This document shows, piece after piece, positions 50,801 to 61,892 of a DNA stretch of 64,000 bases. The position numbers and the translations under genes were made by a program. Numbering within the stretch: position 1 is the first letter of the stretch; every line of letters begins with the position of its first letter. Source of the DNA: Marsupella aquatica. Lineage: Eukaryota > Plantae > Marchantiophyta. The stretch lies in NCBI GenBank assembly GCA_973895155.1, contig OZ316895.1:17375337-17439336 (forward strand). Direction: 5' to 3'. Below the pieces are notes generated by a model. It saw nothing but the letters and a program-made list of their open reading frames with translations. It did not search any database and was not told the DNA's origin.

Positions 50801-52700
50801 GATCCTTCTTAGGCTGCGTAGGGTACTACCGACAATTCATTCAGGATTTTGCTAAGATAGCCCTGCCCCTCACAGAAATGATGAAGCAAGACGCGGTCAT
50901 AGAGATGACTCTCCGTCGAAAATCAGCCTTTGACAAACTCAAAAAACAGCTAACTATGGCTCCGATTTTGACTACCCCCGATTGGAACAAGGAGTTCCAT
51001 GTGTATGTCGACGTGTCTGGGTTTTGCATCGGTTCAGTCCTAAGCCAACTGAACGACAAAAAATGTGACCACCCCATTTACTTTGCGAGCCGACAACTGT
51101 TTGCCGCAGAGAAAAACTATTCGCCCACCGATCAAGAGGCCTTGGGAATCATCTACTCGTGTAAAAATTTTTGCCATTATCTATTGGGATATAAGGTGGT
51201 ATTCCATACTGACCATGACAGCCTGAAGTACATGGTAAACAAAGCAGACTTGACGGGGAGAATAGCCCGTTGGGTCCTGCTGCTCCAAGAATTTGACTAC
51301 GAAGTCAGGGTGCGACCAGGGAAAGCACACATGAATGCGGACTTCTTCTCAAGGATTGAAGGGGAATCAGACGATGCACCTGTTGATGATGCATTCCCTG
51401 ATGAAGAATTATTCCGCATAGAAACGGACCAACCAACGTGGTACGGGGACCTAATCACCTTTCTCTTAACGACCCGCATTCCAAGTAACATAAACCAAGA
51501 GGCCGCGTTGGTCTTTCTGTGCAAGGCCACACCATACATGATGATACGCGGACATCTGCATAAGGAAGGCGTCAATGGGAAGATCCGCAGATGCCTAGAT
51601 TATAACAAGACGATCATTGTCATGCGAGCTATGCACGAGGAGGAGGCAGGAGGACACTTCGCCCCGGTCACCACGGCTCACAAAATCTTGGACGCAGGTT
51701 ATTGGTGGCCTACGCTTTATCACGATGTAGCCCATTTTATTCGAGGTTATGACTTGTGTCAGCGCGCGGGCAAACCCCGCAAATCGGGTAATCATCCTCT
51801 TACCCCGATCTTTCCTCTTGCCCCGTTTGAGAAATGGGGCATTGATTATATCGGACCATTCACCCCTGTAACCCGAGGTCGGCGTTGCCGGTACATCCTT
51901 CTTGCTATTGACTACTCGACTAAATGGGTCGAGGCCCGGGCAACGGTCAAGGATGACGCGGCCACCATCGCCAGGTTCCTGTACGAACAGATCTTCACCC
52001 ATTTTGGACCTCCCTTGGAATTAGTCAGCGACCGCGGGACTCATTTTTTGAACAAAACGATGGAAAAACTGACTGACCATTACCTCATCAAGCACAAAAA
52101 GACTACCCCGTATCATCCTAAATGTAACGGACTAGCGGAGCGGGCTAATGGCATCATAGAGAAAATCCTCAACAAAACCGTGGCAGCCCACAAAATAGAC
52201 TGGGACGACAAGCTTTTCGCGGTAGTCTATTCGTACAACTTGGCGTTTAAGACTACTACAAACCACAATCCGTATTTCTTGGTATTCGGACAACATGGGC
52301 TCGTACCCGTCGAGTTCGAGGTCGAGACCCCGCGGGTATGCATCCGCCACAGGTTACCGGAGGCCGCTAGTTTGTCCGATCGAGCATATAAGATTGACAG
52401 TCTAGAAGAACAGAGATTGTGGGCATCGCGACGCGTAACTGCCAAGCAGGAAGCAACGAAGAAACAATACGACAAGGGACTACGCCAGGTGGACATCACT
52501 ATGGGAGATCTTGTCCTTCTGTACGACAATAGGTACATGTACTTTCCAGGAAAGTTACACACACGCTGGTTGAGACCTTTCGTTGTCCAGTAGATCTACC
52601 CAAACGGATCCCTCTAGCTATCAACGTACGTCAGCGACCTCTTTCCCAATCAAGTTAGTTACGACCGTGTGAAGAGGTACTTTCACCGGGACAATGAGCG
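47837..52700 (+). pseudogene. gag-pol: Gypsy-B gag 3' part and pol (PR, RT, RNase H, IN)
   Basis: CCHC knuckles; protease VDGGSGVNIM; RT ICQDYRKLN/LDGYSGYNQI/FIDNF; RNase H; Athila-like DDAFPDEELF...WYGDL linker; IN WGIDYIGP, DRGTHF, NGLAERAN. Frameshifts present. Confidence 0.93.
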
Positions 52701-52743
52701 TAATGATGTTCGCGAGGATGCTTCACACTTGAGTGGGGAGCTA

Positions 52744-55700
52744 TGTGACACGGGTAACGTGTCACTTAACCAAACCCAGGTCGTAGATTAGGTCTTATAC
52801 GGATGTTAGGACCGTAGCCGTAGCGTAGGATAGCACGTATAGCCGTCTGTTGCCATTATGAATAGATTACGAGTAGGTTAAGATGACCAAATGATTACAA
52901 GTTTAGGAAGAGGATTATTACGCGCGACCAAGGTACGATGGCGGCAGCGGAGTAAAAATCAGTTAGAAGAATCACGCTTGGACCGAGGCGCCAACTTCAG
53001 CTCATTATCAATGACCAAAATGGCCTGGCCTTCTCACGCTCGGGCTCACCCTGGCACCTCCATAAGAGAGGAGCCAATGGCGCTGCGGGCCATTTGCTCA
53101 TTTCCATCTTTTTGGAATTCGCGGACGTTGCCATCCACTCGCCTTTCTGATCGAATCAAGTTGACCTTTACAAGGAGATTATCGAGGGATAAGAGCGGAA
53201 TATGGCAAGATTTAGTCAGGACGAGCGAGGCCTCCACAAGAAAAAGGACCAGCCAAGTGGGAACGTGGACTCAACGAACCGGACTACAAGGTTAGTATGA
53301 CCCTTACAGCCTTGGGATTCTGGACCTTGTTTGGCGAGGTAGGTGCTAAGTTCTCTGAGACTTACTGGTACTCTTGTCCCAAGAAAGCCGCTTACGAACG
53401 AAGATACGCAAAGCTGGTGACCAAGGTAGCACTGGTTAATTGCGAAAGGATAGCCATCACCAAGGATTCCAGCTACAACGAGCTGCGAGACTACATCACC
53501 GAACTATATCTCAGCAAAGAAGGGCTTAGATCGGTAGCAGAGGCGATTCTTGAAGTCCCAGCAAAATTCTTTAAGCTGAAGGGCAACCAACGGCTTACTC
53601 AAGCGGAGTTTGAAAAGATTCCGGGGTACCTAGACCAGCAGATCGCAGCCAAAAAGCGTCAAGAAGACATCAGCAGACAACGGGAAGCGGTGCGTAATCT
53701 TACGTTCCTCGGGGAAAGCTCCAACGCGCCTTCAACTGGGATATGGCTACCCTGATACCACCAGTGCCTCAGCAGATGACCACCGGCGTACCGCCAAACC
53801 GGTCCCAAGTCCGTTCAGTGATCAACACAGAGTGTTCTTTGGGTTCTGAGCAAGTTAGTCCGCAACTCAAACAACGTTCTCATAAGCAACCAAGGACGAC
53901 GACGGCCCCCAAATCAACAACGCAAACCAACATCGCGCCTGCACCTGCCCCGGCAAACCCCCCAACCAACCAGACCCGACGGCCTCCAGATAACCCAAAG
54001 TCCAACTTATTACAGGTAATCCGCGTCCCCAAAGTAGTCTGGATCGCGATCAAGAAACTCAAACACGCGGACTATCTCAAGGAGCATCAGTTGGAGCAGT
54101 TCGCTCACTTGCTATGGAGGCCGTGCGCTATCGGGCCGAAGGAGATTTATGAGTTCATCTCCAATTTTGACACTGACGCATCGACCACCAAGGTTTTGGG
54201 GCAGGCCTTATCACTCATGGAGCATCGGTTAATGCAAATCTTTTGCCTGCCAACCGGGCTAGTGCTGGTGGAACTCCAAATTCGGGATAAGGTGTATACA
54301 CCGCGACACTTCAAACCCAAGGGTAAGACGGAAACGGATACAAGCAGGGGTCGTGCACCAACTTAATTTGCATGGAGCGTCTTAACTTCATACTGACTAC
54401 CCTATACATGATTGAGCCACGATCCGAGATTTCCCTCTGCATGATCGTGCAGGTGGAACAGTACAAGCGGCGGAACTGGGCCCAGTTCTTCTACCAAAGA
54501 TTCTCAGGGGAGCTGAAGCGGGCTCAGGGTGGTATGGCTATTGGGGGGAAGACTTACTTGGGAAGTCATATCGCCATTATCCTCGCCTGGTACAAGGCCC
54601 GGCGAGAGGCCAGAGGAAAGAATATGGCCACCTCAGCCCCGACTAATACTCCGCCACCTCCTCCTGTGGAAATTCCGTCGCCCCCTTCTGTCAAGCCTCC
54701 GCTACCCGCAGTACAACCACCCCCAATCCCTCCACCACCTAAAGAAACCTTCCCCTCCCCAGCACAGACTACGGATGAGCTCGTTGCCCCGCCCGAGGAA
54801 CCACCGGTACCCGAGAGGATGGAGGACTACCAAGTAGCCCCGGGACCATGGCCTACGACCTGGTCCAGAAGTTTAGCCAGACTGTGTCTGGGGAGCTGGC
54901 GACGTACATCGGACAACAAGTCTCGACGTACTTTCAACCAGCCTTCTTCATGTTAGAGCATCAACCACGGATCGTAAGCCACTTGGAAGAAGAACTCATG
55001 GCGAAGGGGAATGAGATAGGGCACCTCCAGATGCTGGTAGAGCACCTCGAGGAGGAGGCCACTACCCGCCACGAGGAGTTAGTCCGCACCGTCAAACAAA
55101 GGGACTGACTAACCTAGGAGTTAAGCGGAGCGCAAGCAAATCTCAAGAAGTTGGATGACACCGTGCTTCAATTACGCTCAGAATCTTTGGCTCGGGTTAC
55201 CAGCCTGACCGACCTCAACAAACAATTCCTGCAGGCAGCACAGCAGGTGGCTGGTCTCTCCGCCAAACGGGATAAATTGCTGGCGCAGGACCAGATCCAT
55301 CGCGACTCCATTAACCAGCTCAACCTGGAGGTAGCACGGCTCCAGACCGAGGCCGATGAAGCTGCAAACAAGGCGGAGGAGGCGGTGCGGGACAACAAGG
55401 CCTTGCAGGACCGCGTTACCCTGCTCGTCCTCCAGCGGGGAAAACCTGGGCCCACCTCTGATCAAGGCGGCTCGAGGTCTCGCCCCGACAAGGGGACCAG
55501 CCCTGGTCCAACCATAGCACCCACGTAAGGGGTGGTTAGCAAAGGGTGGAAGCAGGCGCCGCATGAGGCAGTTAAGTCAGCGGCATCTTTCAGTTAGGTG
55601 TAACAATAGAATGGCTGTCATTAGGCGCCGATTAGCGGCAGTAGGGAGAATTAGGGCCGGATCAGTTAGGATCAGCCAACGTAGGATGGAGTCCATCAAC

Positions 55701-56498
55701 GGACTAGATTTTTGTCAAGTAGGCTTGGCCGCTGCCATCCCGGTCAGCACCCTTGCCGTCGACGGTCAACCAGTCAGTGCGGGAGGTAGTTAGTCAGTAG
55801 GTAATATCCCGGAAGGTAGTATCCTCCGGTTCCCTTCCGCAAACTATAGTATTTAGGCTTCCCCTTCCGCTATGGAAGGGGAGAAGGCATAGTTATCTCA
55901 GCAGAAGAAAGGTGAGGCACGGGGAGTCCTGGCCTGAGCAGGGTCAGAGCGCACCAAGGAGTGAGAGCCAGAGTTGAGCTTGCTGGGCAAGTGCGAGGCG
56001 GGACCTCGTAGAGACTAGGCATCGACTGCCGTTGGGCCTGCTGACCCCCTTTGAAGTCGAGTCAACCATGTAAACTGATGCTTCACTGAGTAAATGTAGT
56101 CTTTTCCCTCCAATGTTTCCGCAAGTAACTGGTGTTGTGAGTATGCTTTGTCTGGGCAAAGGCACCATTTTAAGGGACGTACTGGGTGTGGACTAATGGT
56201 AGGGATTGCCACCCATCGTATGTCATAAGGTTCTGTCGCGTCAATGGCTTGAAAAGCCCCAAGCCGGGAGTTAGTCCGAGTCACTAACTGAGGGAGGATT
56301 CCAGCGGTGGAAAATAAAAGATACCTATGACTAGTACGAATTACTTAAGTGTTATACCAGTAAGTATATCGGCTTAGCCCGACTTAGGGCTAATTGGGGC
56401 CACTACACACCTCCTTGCCCGAACCCTCACCCCTACTGGTGGTCGAGGTCGCGCCATGGCGCTAAACTGGATTTAAGGCCCAGGTTAGGGACGCGACA
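52744..56498 (+). repeat. Gypsy-B 3' LTR (3755 bp)
   Basis: Copy of 20953-24711, preceded by a PPT. Confidence 0.95.
53297..55528 (+). pseudogene. U3-located ORF1 (53297-53755, 152 aa) and ORF2 (53743-55528, ~595 aa consensus; plant-mobile/transposon-protein-like domain, Pro-rich linker, coiled coil)
   Basis: ORF pieces 53743-54366, 54372-54956, 54848-55108 and 55151-55528 join when corrected with the 5' LTR copy. Motifs EFISNFD..KVLG...IFCLP, NWAQFFY..EL and YLGSHI. Confidence 0.72.
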
Positions 56499-56503
56499 GT
56501 AAC

Positions 56504-57546
56504 TCCATCTTAACAATCATGGATCGTTTTTCCAAGATGGCGTATTTATTGCCTACTACAAAGATGGTTTCGGCCCAAGAGGTTGTCAGTCTAGTATTTG
56601 ACAATGTCTTTTGACAGTGGGGATTGCCGTTGCATATCCTGTCCGATCGCGATACCAAGTTCACGGACCATTTCTGGAAGGCGTTGTTTCGGTTATTCGG
56701 AACGGACCTGACCAGGGGATCAGCATATCATCATGAGACAGATGGCCAAACAGAATGGGTTAATGGTATCGTGGAGGACCACTTGCGTCACTTTGTGACA
56801 GTCAATCAAAAGGATTGGGCGAAGCATTTAACAATGGCCTAGTTTAGGTATAACTCGACAAGCATTCGGCGACAGGGTTTGTGCCGTTTGTGTTGCCACA
56901 GGGAGGACGCCAAGGGCGCCCTCCTGGTTTATAAATCTGGAAGCTTGGCGGACGGAAAGCAAGGTTCCTTCTACGGACAATTTTATTCAAGAGTGGTGCC
57001 TTGTAGAAGCGGCTACCAAGGGTATGACCCTGGCCCCAAAGTTGGTACAAGGAGCAAGGGGATAAACATCAATGCCAGGTAAGCTTTGAAATTGGGGAGA
57101 GCGTTTGGTTGTAGTTGAGACCTAAGCAATACCACGGGAACATAAGTAGGAAGCTGGCTCCCAGATATGCGGGGCCCTATCGCATCATACGATGGGCCCA
57201 CAAGGATAATCCGGTTTTGGTGGTGTTGGCAACACCCAAGGAAATGGGCATGGGCAAAAGCTACCATGTTAGCCGGCTCAAGAAGTTTGTCAAAGACGAT
57301 GATCCCAACCAGGATCAGGTCTTGCGTCTGGACACTATGCCGGTGGAGGACGCGGAGGAGTTTGAGGTGGAGGCAATTCTGGACCACCGTTACAAACGCA
57401 AGTTGGGAAGGCAAATCTTAGAGTATTTGGTGAAGTGGGCTAGCTACAACCAGGCCAAGAGTACTTGGGAGCCGGAAGAAAATTTGGGTAATGCCTCAGA
57501 GATCCTTGGAAGCTATCGTAAGCAAAGTGGCCTATCGCAATTGTGA
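56504..57546 (+). pseudogene. pol: Gypsy-A integrase core + chromodomain
   Basis: DRFSKMAY, SDRDTKF, SAYHHETDGQTE, KLAPRYAGPY and chromodomain FEVEAILDHR...YLVKWASY...TWEPEENL. Confidence 0.93.
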
Positions 57547-57978
57547 ACTGGTACAGGTAGCTGTAGCTACCTTTGTGAGTTGTATCCTAGTTTCACTCCT
57601 CTCAGCCTCTTAAGGATAAAGGCGGATTGCGTTGGTGCTAGAGGTTGTTGGGCGGCCGATTTGCTTTTTGCGAGTGGAAGTTGATGGTGCTCGCCCTGCA
57701 TCTGTGGGGGGCTAGTTCAAACCAAAGGGGAGTGCCCCAAGGGGAGGACAATGGGTCCAACGAGTTTGGAGTTAGCTTACCCGTTGGACTGGCATCCTAC
57801 TTGGATAAGTGGGATAGGTTGGAATTTCCTACGTTTGGAATGCGCATACCAGCCTGGTTTGCATCACCCTTATGGGCAAACCATTTGTTACCTCATAAAA
57901 AATTTAAGGCCCAAAGTGGTCTAGGCGTGTTGGAATATTTACTGAGGTCACGCGGATGTGACCATTTTTAAGGGGGGG

Positions 57979-59473
57979 TGCTAGTCGCTGAACTCGACTA
58001 CCTTAACACTTACCTCCGGCGTCGTTGACTCTGACGCCGAGCTTCCTTATGGTCCAGGCCCGGATAGGCCATCTGGGGAGGACTTAGCATGGGGAGACTT
58101 GTGGGCAATGAGACGTGGCACTGGCGAGGCAAGGGGCCAAGCTGGGGACACAAACTAAGGACTTGGACTAGCCTATGGCTAGTCGGGTCAAGGGGAAATG
58201 GGCCGGGCTCAAGGATGGCCGTCCGGACCGTCGGATGGACTTTGAGTTTTGAGGGCTTGGGAGTGAGCTCCTCTTGGGCCCAAGGCCAATGGAGTTGACG
58301 CCATTGGCAACGGACGCTTGGGGCGCAAGTTGTGGCCCGATCCGGGTTGGGCCGATTGGGGGCCCCGAGCGGCGATCTGACCTGAGAGCCTAGGCATGAG
58401 CACTGGGTCGGCCCGGTCACAACGGGCTAAGGCACTTTGCTTGCGAATGCCTATCAAGAAAGTTATGGGCGTTGCCAGTTGGTGGCGCGCCCATTATGCG
58501 CGATGGGATTCGGGTTGGGGGCCAAATGTTTAGGGACCAAAGCTGGTCCGGGGGTGGCAGGTCTCCAGAAGCATATATGAGGGGAGTGATGTCTCCCTGG
58601 GGGCTAAGGGCAAGCCGAAGTCGTGAGCTGCGGTGGTCGCGACACTAAGGAAAACCGCCAAACGGAAACGACGATATGTTCCCAACGGGAAGTCCATTGG
58701 AGGATTTCCTGGGTTCGTTGGAAAGCTCTTGAGGAGGGCTACGCCCTCTTGAGCTCAGATGAGTCTGGTGGTGCCGTGGGTTCTTGTGGTTTGCGGGTGT
58801 TAGCTCGCCCGCTTGCCAAATCCTGCCGAATAGCAGCCAAGCCGCGTTCAGCCTCCCAAGGGAGCTTGCGTTGGGGAGGCAAGGCCAAGTAGGTATGGAG
58901 GCTGATTCCCAAGGGTGCTCGGTCCCTAGACCATCAGTGGGGCGAACCGGGAGCGGTTGCTAGGGTCTGGGCCGTTCTGGTCCCGACGTGTTGGGACAAC
59001 TTGGGACAAGCTTTAGGACAAGCTACGCTATTTGGGCCATGAGCATGTCCTGAGGTCAGGGCGGTCAGTTGGTGATGGATAGGTACGAGGGGGAACCCGG
59101 GCCGCGCCCAAGGAAGGAGTTGTCCTGGACGGACAGTGGGCGTGGGTTCTGGTTCCGGCTTATGGCATCGGGAGGGCCTGTCGCTGACCTATTTACCAAT
59201 GTCTGTTGAGCTTGAGTTAGGATGCTAGATTGGGCGAGTTCTAGATCCGGAGGGGTTACTTACCGAGGCGCTTGGTTGTTTGTGTAGACAGTGAGGACCG
59301 TTGAGCAACGGTCGTGTAGGTGAGCAAGTGCGGCTTCGTATGGGAGTGGCCATAGATGGTGCTAGAGGCACATGGATGCTTGCTCAAAGTATTTTGTGGA
59401 GGCGTTCGGGCATCAAGGGCACTTAGGCGCAAGTGCTGGGATTGGTGAGGGCGCTGGGTGGCGAGGTCCACCA
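57979..59473 (+). repeat. Gypsy-A 3' LTR
   Basis: Follows PPT aaggggggg; tgctag...ccacca; colinear with 11047-12121. Confidence 0.9.
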
Positions 59474-59780
59474 CTTCCTACCAGGTATGGTCAATGGGCA
59501 AACTCATCTAAGCTAGATGATATTGACATTGCACCTGATGAAAATGATATGGCTTTGATCTTGGTTGGAAGAAGGAGAGCCTTCTTCGTACAGTGAGGCT
59601 TGTGCTTTAGAGTAGAAGCATGAGTGGAATGCAACAATGCAAAGGGAGTTGCAATCTTTGAGTGACAACAAGACATGGGAGCTGGTGGAGCTTCCAAGAG
59701 GTCAGCAAGTGGTGGACAGCAAGTGGATTTACAAGTTGAAGGACAGTCTTTCAGAAGGTGGAGATAAGATCTACAAGTCC
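59474..59780 (+). pseudogene. pol: Copia pol fragment: IN-RT linker and start of RT
   Basis: MQRELQSLSDNKTWELVELPRGQQVVDSKWIYKLK...IYKS, then an abrupt break. Confidence 0.85.
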
Positions 59781-60362
59781 CAACTTCTTGTTTTTCTCTT
59801 GTACCCAACCAAGGAACGCGGCTGCAGTAACTCGATCTGGATCTTCAAATCGAAACTCCTCTTTCACCCTCATTTCAAATGTTTTCCAATCCTCTTTGGC
59901 TCCTTCAGGATCTTGGTGATGATGTCTTTCAATTCTGATTCTACCAATGATGCAAATTTGTGAATGGCAACCTTCTCACTGATCTTGTGGATGGCTACCT
60001 CTGTCCAATACTCTTTCAAGTACCGGATTGCTCTTCTCCCGCCGAACTGCCCAAACTTTGCTAACAAAGGTTGTAAGCACTTGGTCATACAACTTGCTTC
60101 CTCCTTCTTTTGGTTCTCAGGTGCCTCTCTTTGTGCTTTGGCCTCCATCAAACTCATAAACATCTCAGTCATCTCTTCCATAGTTCCTCCTACCATTGTG
60201 AACAACTTTCCCTTTGCTTCTATTTTCTATCAAGCTTCTTATCTCATAAAATATCCTTTTATCTTTGACACTAGCCTCAAGTTTCCCTAGTATGGTCGCC
60301 AATATGTCTGGGGGAAAATGTGGTTCTTGAGGAAGCACCGGGCCTATGGCTGCTAGTGTCAA
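59781..60362 (-). pseudogene. Degenerate retrotransposon gag-like fragment
   Basis: KFGQFGGRRAIRYLKEYWTEV...KFASLVESELKD resembles a gag N-terminal capsid motif. Confidence 0.55.
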
Positions 60363-60786
60363 GAGAGAACTTAAGTTAAGATCACGATTACTATTCTAGA
60401 CTGGGTAGCAGACACCACAAGGAATGGTTCTGTGGATGAAAGCACAATATCATAACCATTTTCTCCATACCTACGGACTATTGCCTCCTTGGCAGCTACC
60501 TTGGGTTGAGTTACAAAATGAATATCTCCCAACAAGAAAGAAACGGGAGGTTCATCAGATGAAGGTTTGTTGAGATCCATCTCAATACAAGATAAAAATT
60601 GTGCAAGCCCAATCTTGCTCAACTACATAAGGATATACAATTGGCTCTATTGAATTTAACACCGCAGTTGCAAATGCTTCTCCAAAGTGAAAAGTCATAT
60701 GCTGACGCATTATCTTTTTTTGGAATACATGAATTCTAATAAGGAAAGGATTAGGGAGAGGAACAACAGGTACTGGTTTGGGCATT

Positions 60787-61740
60787 ACGTTCAGCCGTCA
60801 GCGCGAGCAAAAGCGGCAGATCGTTCATCTCAACTCCGTCATGAAGGAGGCGGTGAAGTTCCTTCGCGCCTCGCTCCCCGCTGGTATCAAGATCAACTTG
60901 GAACTTGATAGCGAAGCCCCCGCCGTGCTCGCGGATCCCACCCAGATCTATCAAGTCATCCTCAACCTCGCTACCAACTCTTTCCACGCCATGGAAGGAC
61001 AGAATGGTGCGCTTGCTGTTGCTCTGCAAACCGTCCTCGAGCCCGATGAATCCGCCCTCAAAGTCTACCCCGGATTGCGCCGCATGAAATACGCTCGCGT
61101 GACCGTCGCCGACACCGGGGCCGGGATGGATGCCAAAACTCTGGAGCGCATCTTCGAACCCTTCTTCACCACCAAACCGGTGGGCAAGGGGACCGGTCTT
61201 GGCCTCGCTGTCGTCCACGGCATCGTGCAATCGCATGAAGGCGTCATCACCGTCGAGAGTGAAGTCGGTGCGGGCACCACCTTCCATATCTATCTACCCG
61301 CTCAGGTTGAAACCACTATGACAGTCACCAGTTCTGCCCCCGTTGCTCCCCGTGGTAATGGCCAGCAAATCCTTGTCGTGGATGATGAGAAAGCCCTCAC
61401 CAACGTCTTTCAACGGCTCCTAACCCGGCTTGGCTATGCGGTCACCACCAGCAATCATCCGCAGGAAGCTCTGGCGCTCTTCTGCGCTGAACCTGGCAAA
61501 TACGACCTCGTCATTACCGACCTCACCATGCCCGATATGAACGGCGTGGAACTTGCCCGCAAGGTTAGCGAAGCCCATCCCGGCACACCTATCCTGCTTG
61601 CGAGCGGCTTCAATGCCGGTCTCGACCTCGAGAAGCTCCGCGAATGGGGTGTCCAAGGTCTCCTCGAAAAACCCATCTCCATGACCGCGCTTTCTGAGGC
61701 TTTAATGCAAGTGCTTGGAAAAAAGACAGTTACTGGTTAA
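60787..61740 (+). CDS. Bacterial hybrid sensor histidine kinase/response regulator, 5'-truncated (HATPase_c + REC)
   Basis: QVILNLATNS (N box), DTGAGMD, FEPFFTTK, GTGLGL, receiver VVDDE...TDLTMPDMNG...KP. It begins mid-protein at (L)TFSRQ, and the H-box and sensor are missing. Confidence 0.92.
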   Translation, partial: TFSRQREQKRQIVHLNSVMKEAVKFLRASLPAGIKINLELDSEAPAVLADPTQIYQVILNLATNSFHAMEGQNGALAVALQTVLEPDESALKVYPGLRRMKYARVTVADTGAGMDAKTLERIFEPFFTTKPVGKGTGLGLAVVHGIVQSHEGVITVESEVGAGTTFHIYLPAQVETTMTVTSSAPVAPRGNGQQILVVDDEKALTNVFQRLLTRLGYAVTTSNHPQEALALFCAEPGKYDLVITDLTMPDMNGVELARKVSEAHPGTPILLASGFNAGLDLEKLREWGVQGLLEKPISMTALSEALMQVLGKKTVTG

Positions 61741-61770
61741 TTAGCCCCATCGCTTTCCCCGTTGTGGAAT

Positions 61771-61810
61771 AAAAAAAGAGCCTGGCTAAAAACCTAAAGC
61801 CAGGCTCTTT
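61771..61810 (-). terminator. Rho-independent terminator between convergent genes
   Basis: Stem aaagagcctggct / agccaggctcttt with a 10 nt loop; the A7 run gives a U tract on the minus strand. Confidence 0.8.
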
Positions 61811-61892
61811 CAACCCTAACCCAAATCACTACATATTCTCAGACCGGGTCGGGGCGGATTTGTTCAAATTATTTTTAGCAGTTTTTTACCCC

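Larger units (their letters stand above)
20953..56498 (+). mobile_element. Gypsy-B: non-chromovirus (Athila-like) LTR retrotransposon with 3.76 kb LTRs, inserted in the Gypsy-A integrase
   Basis: LTRs 20953-24711 and 52744-56498 (tgtgac...gaca), TSD gtaac (20948-20952 / 56499-56503), PBS tggcgctag at 24729, PPT gagtggggag before 52744. Confidence 0.93.
11047..59473 (+). mobile_element. Gypsy-A: Ty3/Gypsy chromovirus (Tcn1-like), carrying nested insertions
   Basis: Paired LTRs (~11047-12121 and 57979-59473), tRNA-iMet PBS, gag-PR-RT-RH-IN-chromodomain order, and a PPT. The 5' LTR start is degenerate and no TSD pair was found. Confidence 0.88.

Noticed and set aside
20953-56498. Segmental duplication or env gene as the explanation for the 3.76 kb repeats
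   Set aside because: TG..CA ends, TSD, PBS and PPT define them as LTRs; ORF2 shows no clear signal peptide or transmembrane anchor.
60778-60786. TTG start making the kinase a complete or plant-fused gene
   Set aside because: The start lies in flanking plant-like sequence at the junction, the H-box is missing, and no splice or promoter support is visible.
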